From contig JAFWEY010000198.1 of NCBI GenBank assembly GCA_017512675.1, positions 1,803-65,802 of the forward strand: a DNA stretch of 64,000 bases, in the 5' to 3' direction. The position numbers were made by a program, and so were the translations under genes. The stretch is from Clostridia bacterium (GTDB lineage: Bacteria; Bacillota; Clostridia; Christensenellales; Aristaeellaceae). Shown here piece by piece: positions 8,868 through 17,542 of the stretch. Numbering within the stretch: position 1 is the first letter of the stretch; every line of letters begins with the position of its first letter. The notes beneath the pieces are model-generated. The model was not told where the DNA came from, made no database searches, and saw nothing but the letters and a program-made list of their open reading frames with translations.

Positions 8868-9788
8868 TTATCCCTCCTGGTGCTGCGATCCGCCGAAGAT
8901 GGCGTCGATGAAATCGCGCGCCTCGAACGGCTGCAAGTCGTCCAGCTGTTCCCCGACACCGATATAGCGCACCGGAAGACCCAGCTCGCTGCGGATCGCG
9001 ATGGCGATTCCGCCCTTGGCGGTGCCGTCCAGTTTGGTCAGAATGATCCCGTCGAGATCGGCGACCTCCCTGAAGACCTGGGCCTGCATCAGGCCGTTCT
9101 GTCCGGTGGTCGCGTCGATGACAAGCAGCGCCTTCGTGACGGCTTCGGGGTATTCACGGCTCACGATTCTGCTGATCTTTTTCAGCTCTTCCATCAGATG
9201 CGCCTTGTTGTGCAGCCGTCCTGCGGTATCGACGATCAGGATATCCGCATGGCGCGCCTTGGCGACCTGAATGCCGTCATAAACGACTGCGGCGGGATCC
9301 GCGCCTTCCCCCTGCTTGACGATCGGCACGTCTGCCCGCTCGGCCCACACGGTCAGCTGTTCTGAGGCGGCGGCACGGAAGGTGTCTCCGGCGCACATGA
9401 CGACGCGCCGCCCCACGGTTTTGAAGCGGGTGGCCAGTTTTCCGATGGAAGTGGTTTTGCCGACGCCGTTTACGCCGATGATCAAAAGCACCATCGGAGA
9501 CGCCAGCCGCAAGGGCTCAGACCCCATGATTCCGACCAGAATATTCTTCAGCGCGTCGCGGGCGCCTTCTGCGGTGGTGATCCTGTCGCGCTTGCAGCTT
9601 TCCCGAAGGCGGTCAACGACCTCGGTGGTGGTTTTCATCCCGACGTCCGCCATGATCAGGATATCTGTCAGCTCGTCGAAATAATCGTCGTCCAGCTGGT
9701 GGGTATTGACGGTGAGGGTGTCCATCTTTCCGGCGACGTTTTCCCGGGATCTGAACAGCTTCTCCTTGATTTTATCGAACAGGCCCAT
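8868..9788 (-). CDS. ftsY: signal recognition particle receptor FtsY
   Basis: 306 aa with SRP-GTPase motifs GVNGVGKTTSIGKLA, DTAGR and TKLDGTAKGG. Confidence 0.95.
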   Translation of the reverse strand: MGLFDKIKEKLFRSRENVAGKMDTLTVNTHQLDDDYFDELTDILIMADVGMKTTTEVVDRLRESCKRDRITTAEGARDALKNILVGIMGSEPLRLASPMVLLIIGVNGVGKTTSIGKLATRFKTVGRRVVMCAGDTFRAAASEQLTVWAERADVPIVKQGEGADPAAVVYDGIQVAKARHADILIVDTAGRLHNKAHLMEELKKISRIVSREYPEAVTKALLVIDATTGQNGLMQAQVFREVADLDGIILTKLDGTAKGGIAIAIRSELGLPVRYIGVGEQLDDLQPFEARDFIDAIFGGSQHQEG

Positions 9789-9800
9789 ACAATCAGCTCC

Positions 9801-12800
9801 TTAACTCGCAATTGCGTCTTTGAGTCGAATGGACATCAGGCGAGTTACGCCTTTTTCTTCCATCGAAACACCGTAAAGCGCGTCGCATCGTTCCATGGTT
9901 CCCTTGCGATGGGTGACCACCACAAACTGAGTATTCCTGGAATACTCCTTCAGGTAATCCGCGTAATTGTCAATGTTCGCGTCGTCCAGCGCGGCTTCGA
10001 TCTCATCGAGGAAGCAGAAGGGCGTCGGTTTCAGCTTCAGCATCGCAAACAGAATGGCAATGGCGGTGAGAGCGCGCTCTCCGCCGGACAGAAGGGACAG
10101 AAGCTGAAGCTTTTTCCCCGGAGGCTGCGCGACAATGTCGATGCCGCAGTTCAGGGCGTCTTTCGGATCGGACAGGCGCAGTTCTGCTTTGCCGCCGCCG
10201 AACAGCTTGACGAAGGTTTCCTGGAAGTTGGCGTTCATCTTCGAGAATTCGGCAGAGAATTGCTTTTCCATCTGCCGGACGAGCTCGTCGATGATGCCCT
10301 GCAGGTCAAGCTGGGCGCGGATCAAATCGTCGCGCTGGCCGCTGAGCTCGGTGTAGCGCGCGTTGGTTTCCCGGTATTCGTCGACGGCAGCGACGTTGAC
10401 GGAACCCATGGCTTTGATCTGCTTGCGGATTTCGGCAATGCGCTTTTCGGAATCCGTCAGTTTGAAGGATTCGTCCCGAAGCGGCAGCGCGGTTTCATAG
10501 GTGAGCTCATAGTCTTCAAAGATCCGGTTCGTCATCTGGGTGAGATCGCTTTCGATGCGCCCGAGATGCACTTCGCTGCGATGCGCCCTGTCCGTGAAAT
10601 CGTCGCTGCGTTTGCGCAGGTCGTCCAGTGCCTCGCCGATCTCGCGAAGCTCCTGCTGGGTTTGCGTGCGCTCAGAATCGATCCTGTCAAAAGCCGACCG
10701 GCTTTGAACCAGCTCTTCCTTGACGCTTTTCCAGGCGTTTTCTTCTTCCGCCAATTGCGTTTGCGATTGGGAAAGACGCTCCTGACAGGCTTTCAGATCG
10801 TTTTCGTTGTCTGCCAGAAGCCTGGTCATGTCTTCAGTCTGCGTCAGAAGGCGATCGCGTTCCGATACCAAAGCGGCAAGATCCCGCTGTTTTGCGGTCA
10901 GAGAGACGCGGGCATCGTTTTCTTCGTTCTGCGCGCTCTGCGCTGCCTGCTGCAGCGTGACAATGGATTTTTGAATCCCGGCAAGCTCCTTCTGGCTGGA
11001 TTCGTGCTTTCCGCTTTCGGTATTCTGCTGCTTGGTCAGTTCGCGCAGCGCCTGTTCTGTTTCTTCCGCCTGCGCGGAGAGCTGCGCGCGCGCGCTTTCG
11101 ATACGGGCAGCCCTGTCCTGGTACGCGTCCCATTCGTTCCGGGACGCCGCGACATGAGCTTCTTCCCGGGCGCAGGCGATTTCCTGCTGATGAAGCTGAT
11201 CGAACAGGGAAGCGCGGGTCTGCTTGAGCTCAGCGCGTTCCTGCTCCAGCGCCGCCAGCTCCTGTTTTGCCTGCTGGAGCGCCGCCTCGATTTCAGCCAG
11301 TGCTTTCGTATGCTCATCGATTTCCCGTTCCCGGGAAAGAAGGCTGGTCATCCGGGACTGCACGCTTCCGCCGGTCATGGAACCGCCGGGATTCATAACG
11401 TCCCCTTCGAGCGTGACCAGGCGAAACGCATAGCGGCCTGCGCGCATGATTCGGATTCCGGTATCCAGGTTTTCCGCGATCACGGTCCGTCCCAGCAGGT
11501 TTTCCACAACGCCGCGGTAAACCGGATCGTAATCGATCAGATCGCTTGCCAGTCCGACGCATCCGGGCATTTTCAGCAAGCCGCGCTCTTCCTGCGTCAG
11601 AGTTCTGCCGTGCACAGCGGACAGCGGGAGAAATGTAGCGCGGCCCATGCGGTTCTTTCGCAGATAATCGATCATGCGGCTGGCGTCTTCTTCGCGGTCG
11701 ACGATGATATTCTGCAGCGAACTGCCAAGGCTCATTTCGATTGCGCGCTCCAGGCGCTGCGGCACGCGGATCACATTGGCAACCACCCCGTGCACGTTGG
11801 CGCCGCCCGATTGCCGGGCAAATTTCAGAACGTTGCGCACAGAAAACTGATAGCCTTCGTAATCCCGCTGCATTTCCCTGAGAACGCGCAGCCGGGAGGC
11901 CTTGTCCTGCTGGTCCGCGGAAAGGTGCGTGATCCGTTCCGACAGCTCGGCGGTTTTTTCGCCGAACTCGCGAACCCGCAAAACGGCTCTGGCAGACAGC
12001 GCGTCCAATTCTTCCTTGCGCAGCCGCTCGCGCGCAAGGTTCTGCTGAGCGTTTTCGAGAGCGTTCCTGAGCTCCTGCGCCTTGTCTGCGTCCACGGCTT
12101 CGTCGCTTTCCAGCGCTTCGGCGCGCTGCTTCAGCCCTTCTCGCATCGCTTCCAGCCGGGCCTGCTCCGAACGCACATCGCCCAGCCGGTTGATTTGATC
12201 GATAACGGCAGTTTTCAGTTCTTCCGAGCGCGCCTGAGCCTGCGACAGGTCACGTTCCGCCGTTTCGCGCCTGACAGCGAGTTCGTTCAGCCGGATTTCC
12301 TCGCTTCTGACGGTTTCCGTATCGGATTGAATCTGTGCGTTCAGGCTGTCAATGCGCTGTCTGACACCTGTGCGCCCGCTTTTTGCCGCGCTGAGCGCCT
12401 CTTCAAGCCGTTCTCTTTCCCGCAGATCCGCGGAGATTCTTTCCCGCAATACGGAAAGGCTGCCTTCTTTCGATTCTGTCTCCTGGATAAACGCCTGAAC
12501 CTGCTCCCGCGCCCGCGCCGTTTCCGCTTCCAGGGAGGACAGTGCGGATTGGCGGGATTCCCTTCGTTCTGTCAGCTTCGTCTGCTCTTCGTTTGTTTCG
12601 TTCAGGGCCTGAAGCATTTCCTCCATTTGCGCGCGAAGTTCGCCGATGCGCTGATTGAAGCGCTCGCTGCGAATCAGAAACGTGTTGATTTCCAGCGTTT
12701 TGAGTTCTTCGCGCAGCTGAAGGTATTCCCTGGCGGCTTCGCTCTGCAGCCGGAGCGGTTCGATCCGGGATTCCAGTTCGGACAGGATGTCTTCCACGCG

Positions 12801-13367
12801 GGTCAGATTCTGGCGCGTATTCTCCAGCCTGCGTTCGGCATCGTTCCTGCGAACCTTGTATTTCATGATGCCGGCGGCTTCTTCGAAAACGAGGCGCCTG
12901 TCTTCGGATTTTGCGGAGAGGATTTCGTCAATGCGGCCCTGGCCGATCAGGGAGTAGCCTTCCTTTCCGATTCCCGTATCCCGGAACAGGTCCACCACGT
13001 CCCTGAGCCGGCAGGGAGCTTTGTTGATCTGGTATTCGCTTTCTCCGCTTCTGTAAACCCGGCGCGTAATGGCGACTTCGGAAAAATCGATGGGCAGCGC
13101 CCTGTCCTCGTTTTCGAACAGAAGGGTCACTTCACAATAGGACAGGCGGCGCCGCTTTTCGGTTCCGTTGAAAATCACGTCCTCCATTTTGGTGCCGCGA
13201 AGCAGGCGGGCGCTTTGCTCGCCCAATACCCAGCGAACCGCGTCGGAAATATTGCTTTTCCCGCAGCCGTTCGGCCCTACAATGCCGGTGATTCCGTTTT
13301 CGAAAACAACCTGTGTTTTTTCAGCAAAGGATTTGAACCCGTAAACTTCGAGCTTTTTCAATCGCAA
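9801..13367 (-). CDS. smc: chromosome segregation protein SMC
   Basis: N-terminus LRLKKLEVYGFKSF with TTG start at 13367 (GGAGGA 9 nt upstream). Walker A GPNGCGKSN, long coiled-coil regions, signature LSGGE and Walker B FCFLDEIEAALD. The track ORF extends further to 13487. Confidence 0.95.
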   Translation of the reverse strand: MRLKKLEVYGFKSFAEKTQVVFENGITGIVGPNGCGKSNISDAVRWVLGEQSARLLRGTKMEDVIFNGTEKRRRLSYCEVTLLFENEDRALPIDFSEVAITRRVYRSGESEYQINKAPCRLRDVVDLFRDTGIGKEGYSLIGQGRIDEILSAKSEDRRLVFEEAAGIMKYKVRRNDAERRLENTRQNLTRVEDILSELESRIEPLRLQSEAAREYLQLREELKTLEINTFLIRSERFNQRIGELRAQMEEMLQALNETNEEQTKLTERRESRQSALSSLEAETARAREQVQAFIQETESKEGSLSVLRERISADLRERERLEEALSAAKSGRTGVRQRIDSLNAQIQSDTETVRSEEIRLNELAVRRETAERDLSQAQARSEELKTAVIDQINRLGDVRSEQARLEAMREGLKQRAEALESDEAVDADKAQELRNALENAQQNLARERLRKEELDALSARAVLRVREFGEKTAELSERITHLSADQQDKASRLRVLREMQRDYEGYQFSVRNVLKFARQSGGANVHGVVANVIRVPQRLERAIEMSLGSSLQNIIVDREEDASRMIDYLRKNRMGRATFLPLSAVHGRTLTQEERGLLKMPGCVGLASDLIDYDPVYRGVVENLLGRTVIAENLDTGIRIMRAGRYAFRLVTLEGDVMNPGGSMTGGSVQSRMTSLLSREREIDEHTKALAEIEAALQQAKQELAALEQERAELKQTRASLFDQLHQQEIACAREEAHVAASRNEWDAYQDRAARIESARAQLSAQAEETEQALRELTKQQNTESGKHESSQKELAGIQKSIVTLQQAAQSAQNEENDARVSLTAKQRDLAALVSERDRLLTQTEDMTRLLADNENDLKACQERLSQSQTQLAEEENAWKSVKEELVQSRSAFDRIDSERTQTQQELREIGEALDDLRKRSDDFTDRAHRSEVHLGRIESDLTQMTNRIFEDYELTYETALPLRDESFKLTDSEKRIAEIRKQIKAMGSVNVAAVDEYRETNARYTELSGQRDDLIRAQLDLQGIIDELVRQMEKQFSAEFSKMNANFQETFVKLFGGGKAELRLSDPKDALNCGIDIVAQPPGKKLQLLSLLSGGERALTAIAILFAMLKLKPTPFCFLDEIEAALDDANIDNYADYLKEYSRNTQFVVVTHRKGTMERCDALYGVSMEEKGVTRLMSIRLKDAIAS

Positions 13368-14074
13368 GGGGCGTGATCCTCCCCGTTGTTCAATTCCAGA
13401 TGCGCAAGCGCGTCGCGCGCCGCTTCCTGCTGCGCGCGCTGCTTGCTTCCGCTTTTGCCGCGGCCGAGCTCGGTTCCGTTCACGCAAACGCGGAACGAAA
13501 ACGACGGGCAGTGTGCCGGGCCTTCCTCGGCAAGCAATTCGTATTCCGGAACGCGGCCGGTTCTTTGCAGAATTTCCTGAAGCCTGGTTTTGGAATCCAG
13601 CGTCTCGATTTCCATATCCTTGCGGAACAGGGACTCCCAGAGCGAGGAGATCAGCTGAAACGCCGCTTCAAACCCGCCGTCCAGATAAATCGCGCCCAAA
13701 ACGGCTTCCATTACGTCGCACAGGATGGAAGACCGGCTTCTGCCGCCGCTGTGCTCTTCGCCCGGCGACAGGCGAATATAGGCGCCGAGGTCAATTGTCC
13801 GCGCCACGTCGCTGACGGTTTCTTCCCGCACCAGCTCTGCCCGGGTTCGGGTCAGCCTGCCTTCGGGCCAGGAAGGAAACCGGGTATAGAGAATCCGGCT
13901 GATGGTCAGCTCCAAAACCGCGTCGCCCAGAAATTCCAGCCGCTGATAGTGCGCGACATGATGATCGCCGGCGTAGGACGGATGCGTGAGCGCGGTCAGC
14001 AAAAACAAGCCATCCCGGAACGCATATCCGAGACGGCGTTCCAGATCCGCCTGTGGGAGAGGATAGGAATTCAT
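13358..14074 (-). CDS. rnc: ribonuclease III
   Basis: 238 aa with the RNase III signature ERLEFLGDAVLEL and a C-terminal dsRBD. Confidence 0.95.
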   Translation of the reverse strand: MNSYPLPQADLERRLGYAFRDGLFLLTALTHPSYAGDHHVAHYQRLEFLGDAVLELTISRILYTRFPSWPEGRLTRTRAELVREETVSDVARTIDLGAYIRLSPGEEHSGGRSRSSILCDVMEAVLGAIYLDGGFEAAFQLISSLWESLFRKDMEIETLDSKTRLQEILQRTGRVPEYELLAEEGPAHCPSFSFRVCVNGTELGRGKSGSKQRAQQEAARDALAHLELNNGEDHAPCD

Positions 14075-14078
14075 GAAA

Positions 14079-14306
14079 TCAGCCTTTGTGTTCTTCGAGA
14101 TAGTTGACGATGTCCCCGACGGTATGGATGGAAGTTAGCACATCGTCTTCGACGACGAGGTCGAACTCGCTTTCCATATCCATCACGAGGATCATCAGAT
14201 TGGCGGAATCCGCTCCGAGATCCTCCAGAAGACGGGACTCCATTTTGACATCTGCCTTATTGACGGGCAGCTGCTGGCAAATCAAATCCACAACCTTGTC
14301 AAACAT
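14079..14306 (-). CDS. acpP: acyl carrier protein
   Basis: 75 aa, acidic, with LGADSA at the phosphopantetheine-Ser position. Sits between plsX and rnc, as in many Firmicutes. Confidence 0.85.
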   Translation of the reverse strand: MFDKVVDLICQQLPVNKADVKMESRLLEDLGADSANLMILVMDMESEFDLVVEDDVLTSIHTVGDIVNYLEEHKG

Positions 14307-14313
14307 TGTCTTT

Positions 14314-15339
14314 TCACTCCTGTTGTTGGTCTTTCAGTATTTGCGCCATGCCTTCCTCGATTCGGGCGGGGACCTGGCCGTCCACAGTGCGCAGCGCGAG
14401 GGAAATCGCGTTGTCGATGGTCATCGCCCTGGCGTTGCCGTGCGCTTTGACAACGGTGCCCCGGATGCCGAGCAGCGGGGATCCGCCCACCTCATCGGCG
14501 TTCAGCCGCGCTTTGAAACGCTTCAGCGCGGGCTTCAGCAGCAGCGCCCCGATTTTGCCCCGCGTGGAAGCGAGCATTTCATCCTTCAGAACGCCGGCCA
14601 GCGAAGAAGCCATGCCTTCGGTGTATTTCAAAAGCAGGTTTCCGTCGAACCCGTCGCAGACGACGACGTCGCAGGCGCCGTCCGGAATATCCCGGGCTTC
14701 GATGTTGCCTCCGAAACGGAACACGTTCTGGGAATGCATCAACTGCCAGGTTTCCTTTGCCAGGCGGTTTCCCTTTTCCGCTTCCAGGCCGATGTTTGCA
14801 AGACGCACGTCAGGGGACTTCACGCCCAGCACCTTTTCCATATAAACGGAACCCATCAGCGCAAACTGAAGCAGGTACTTGCTTTGGCAGTCGACGTTGG
14901 CGCCGCAGTCCAGAAGCAGGAACGGCTTTTTTCGGCCGGGGATCAGCACGTTCAGCGCGGGCCGGTCGATACCGCGAATCCTTCCGATCAGCATGATGCC
15001 GCCCGCCAGTACGGCGCCTGTGGAACCAGCGGAGACGCAGGCCTCGGCGCGTCCCTCTTTGACAGCCATCATCGCCCTGACAAGAGATGAGTCTTTTTTG
15101 CGGCGCACGGCCAGCATCGGCGATTCGTCCATCGTGATCGTTTCAGACGCGGGCTCGATCAAAAGCCGGTCTTTGACGTCACCGGCTTCGGCGATCAGGG
15201 AGCGAAGCTTTTCCTCCGGGCCGCACAGCAGCACCGTCAAATCCTGCCTTTTGCGAAGGGCCTGAACGGAGCCTTCGACAATCGCTTCCGGCGCGTTATC
15301 GCCGCCCATTGCGTCCAATGCGACAATTCTCTGTTGCAT
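14314..15339 (-). CDS. plsX: phosphate acyltransferase PlsX
   Basis: MQQRIVALDAMGGDNAP N-terminus. ATG 15339 chosen because GGAGAG lies 6 nt upstream. The track ORF starts at 15396. Confidence 0.9.
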   Translation of the reverse strand: MQQRIVALDAMGGDNAPEAIVEGSVQALRKRQDLTVLLCGPEEKLRSLIAEAGDVKDRLLIEPASETITMDESPMLAVRRKKDSSLVRAMMAVKEGRAEACVSAGSTGAVLAGGIMLIGRIRGIDRPALNVLIPGRKKPFLLLDCGANVDCQSKYLLQFALMGSVYMEKVLGVKSPDVRLANIGLEAEKGNRLAKETWQLMHSQNVFRFGGNIEARDIPDGACDVVVCDGFDGNLLLKYTEGMASSLAGVLKDEMLASTRGKIGALLLKPALKRFKARLNADEVGGSPLLGIRGTVVKAHGNARAMTIDNAISLALRTVDGQVPARIEEGMAQILKDQQQE

Positions 15340-15420
15340 ACACATCTCTCCGAAGAATCGATCCAACCCAGTATAGACGTTTCGCGGGCAAAACACAACG
15401 ATATGAGCGTTAAAGAAACG

Positions 15421-16155
15421 CTATAACCGCTGGAATGCTTTCATAATTATATCCGCTACCGCGAAATCCTTGGGGAAGGCCTGAACCACCGCCGATTCCT
15501 TCATCAGCGTATTGATGATATCGATATCGATGACGGAAAGAATCATCGGAAGAACGGCGATCAGCAGCGCTGCGATCACGGCGCCGCGGGCAAGGCCGAA
15601 CACGCCGCCCAGGAGCCAGTCAAAATGCTTCAGCAGAGGGAAATGGAACACGTTGTTCAGCAGGTTTACCACCAGAAGCAGAACGACGTACGCCACGAGG
15701 AACAGCACCAGGAAAGAGACGACGTTTACAGCGGAACTGATGACGGTCTGATTCAGGTAATCGCTCAGCTTGACGAAGCCCAGATTCGAAAACCGGAAGT
15801 TGCTGACGTTGGTCTGAAACGCGTTCACCATCGCGGAAGGAAGGCTTGAAAGCTCTCTGACCGCCTGTTCCAGCAGCCTGCCGCCGGCGGCGTTGGCAGC
15901 TTCGACCGTGGTATCCGCCAGGCCGACGGTTTTGAACATGGAGGACGCGTCGAGGTAATACGTGATAACGTTCATCAGCGAGGTGTTGCCCTGGATCGCT
16001 GCGGCGAGCTGAGGATACAGAGACTGCGCGCCGAAGAAAGCCGCGGCGAAGCCGACGGTCGCCAGAAGCGATGCGAGGAACCCCTTGTACATGCCCGATA
16101 TCACCGATACGGCCAGAATTACGAGCAATACGATATCGAGTATATTCAGTGACAT
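15421..16155 (-). CDS. CvpA family membrane protein
   Basis: 244 aa. The N-terminus MSLNILDIVLLVILAVSVISGMYKGF is typical of colicin V production (CvpA) family proteins. Multiple TM segments. Confidence 0.72.
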   Translation of the reverse strand: MSLNILDIVLLVILAVSVISGMYKGFLASLLATVGFAAAFFGAQSLYPQLAAAIQGNTSLMNVITYYLDASSMFKTVGLADTTVEAANAAGGRLLEQAVRELSSLPSAMVNAFQTNVSNFRFSNLGFVKLSDYLNQTVISSAVNVVSFLVLFLVAYVVLLLVVNLLNNVFHFPLLKHFDWLLGGVFGLARGAVIAALLIAVLPMILSVIDIDIINTLMKESAVVQAFPKDFAVADIIMKAFQRL

Positions 16156-16177
16156 ATTCTCCCTCCCTGTATTGGTT

Positions 16178-17374
16178 TTATGCGAGTCTGATCATATAGA
16201 CGCTTCCCCCGGAAGAAGCGATCACCACGCGCGAGTCCGTGATCCCGAGAACGCTGTCAATGTAAACGGGCAGCGCGTACGTGGTGGGAAGCGTATCGCC
16301 GGGCCGGCAAACCGATACGTACTGGCTGTTGAAAGCATAGGCGTTGTCCCCGCCGACGACAACCCGGTTTGCCTTGTACGGCAAGTGCACGGTAAAGTCC
16401 TGCTGCGACTGGATCAGGCGCACGTCGGTGATGGATGCGGTGCCGTCGGACTGGTCCATCGGCACGAAGGCCATCAGCGGGTTGACGGTGTCGTCGTTCA
16501 TCGCGGTGAGGTACCAGCCGTACACCAGCATCCGGTTGTCGGATATTTCCTTGCCGGTATAGTCAAAATCCTTGATGTGCGTCGTGCCGACGGCGCGAAT
16601 CTTGGAGGACTGGAAAACGACCTCATACAGCACCTGCTGTGTATCCTGTATGGTGCCGGCAAGCATTTTTCCGGGCCTGTACGTGCTGATTGCACAGACG
16701 GGAATCGTGCCTTCGGTATCCAGCGTCATGACCCAGAAAAGGGAATCGTTGCTGAAGAATCCGAAATCCAGCACGGTAAGGTCCTTAAGATCGATCTCAT
16801 CCACACGCCGGCCGCCGCTTTCCATCAGATAGATCACGCTGTTGTGTTCTTCCCCCACCTGAACCGCAGCGTACTTCAGGCCGATGCACGCGTCCAGAAT
16901 CGTTTCGTTCATATTGCCGCTGTACAGTATCTTTCCGTCTTCCGAGGTCAGAAAGGTTACCATGGTGCCGCTCCACGAACACACGCCGCCGCTGTCGACC
17001 GAAAAACCTGCGCCGGTGCCGGCTGCATAGCTCCAGATCTGCTGGGCGTTATCGTTCAGCGCGTGCAGCGTGGTGCCGTCATAATACAGCATGCCGTTTC
17101 CGAGAACCTGAACTTCCTGGCCGGCGAGCGCCGAGGTTCGGGTGGCGGAAGCGAGCGCGCCCGGATTGCGTGAGGTTATTCTGTTGGCGGCCCAGATCGC
17201 GCCGCCGACGAGAATGGCGACAAGGGCAACGGCAACCGGCCAGGGAAGTTTTCCGGTGCTTTTTTCCATCCTGACTCCTGTACTCGGGCGGTTGAGCTGA
17301 TTCAGCCGCCCGAACGCGTATTCAACAAAATCTCCCTTCATTATAACGGATGAGAGTCCTTCATGCAATCCCAA
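16178..17374 (-). CDS. hypothetical membrane-anchored protein, beta-rich extracytoplasmic domain
   Basis: 398-aa ORF with one TM (LPWPVAVALVAILVGGAIWAA) followed by a repetitive beta-strand-like sequence. Alternative starts at 17341 or 17269. I am not confident of any family assignment. Confidence 0.55.
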   Translation of the reverse strand: MGLHEGLSSVIMKGDFVEYAFGRLNQLNRPSTGVRMEKSTGKLPWPVAVALVAILVGGAIWAANRITSRNPGALASATRTSALAGQEVQVLGNGMLYYDGTTLHALNDNAQQIWSYAAGTGAGFSVDSGGVCSWSGTMVTFLTSEDGKILYSGNMNETILDACIGLKYAAVQVGEEHNSVIYLMESGGRRVDEIDLKDLTVLDFGFFSNDSLFWVMTLDTEGTIPVCAISTYRPGKMLAGTIQDTQQVLYEVVFQSSKIRAVGTTHIKDFDYTGKEISDNRMLVYGWYLTAMNDDTVNPLMAFVPMDQSDGTASITDVRLIQSQQDFTVHLPYKANRVVVGGDNAYAFNSQYVSVCRPGDTLPTTYALPVYIDSVLGITDSRVVIASSGGSVYMIRLA

Positions 17375-17423
17375 ATTTGTAGATTTTCAGCGCCCGGACC
17401 GGAATTCGGGGAATTCGAGGGAA

Positions 17424-17439
17424 TGTTTCACGTGAAACA
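17424..17439. promoter_or_regulatory. parS site (ParB/Spo0J binding), perfect palindrome TGTTTCACGTGAAACA
   Basis: Exact 16-bp match to the Firmicutes parS consensus TGTTNCACGTGAAACA, in an intergenic region. Confidence 0.85.
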
Positions 17440-17456
17440 TCCCGCCGCAAATCAAC

Positions 17457-17472
17457 TGTTTCACGTGAAACA
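17457..17472. promoter_or_regulatory. parS site (second copy), TGTTTCACGTGAAACA
   Basis: Identical 16-mer 33 bp downstream of the first copy (start to start). Confidence 0.85.
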
Positions 17473-17542
17473 CTTTCGGCGAGAACGGCGTCTAACACTC
17501 TGAATCCAATGGCAGGGTACAATTCTGGACAGGGGGAATACG

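Noticed and set aside
9699-13376. 1225-aa plus-strand ORF covering almost the whole smc gene in antisense.
   Set aside because: Its translation is low-complexity (Phe/Arg/Leu/Gln-rich) with no recognisable motif. The minus-strand frame encodes a textbook SMC (Walker A, LSGGE, Walker B). Long mirror ORFs are expected in high-GC genes whose codon usage avoids TTA/CTA/TCA.
17375-17542. The parS-containing spacer as the actual oriC.
   Set aside because: I found no TTATCCACA-like DnaA boxes and no marked AT-rich unwinding element in it. The perfect boxes sit next to dnaA. The orientation anomaly is reported as a finding instead.
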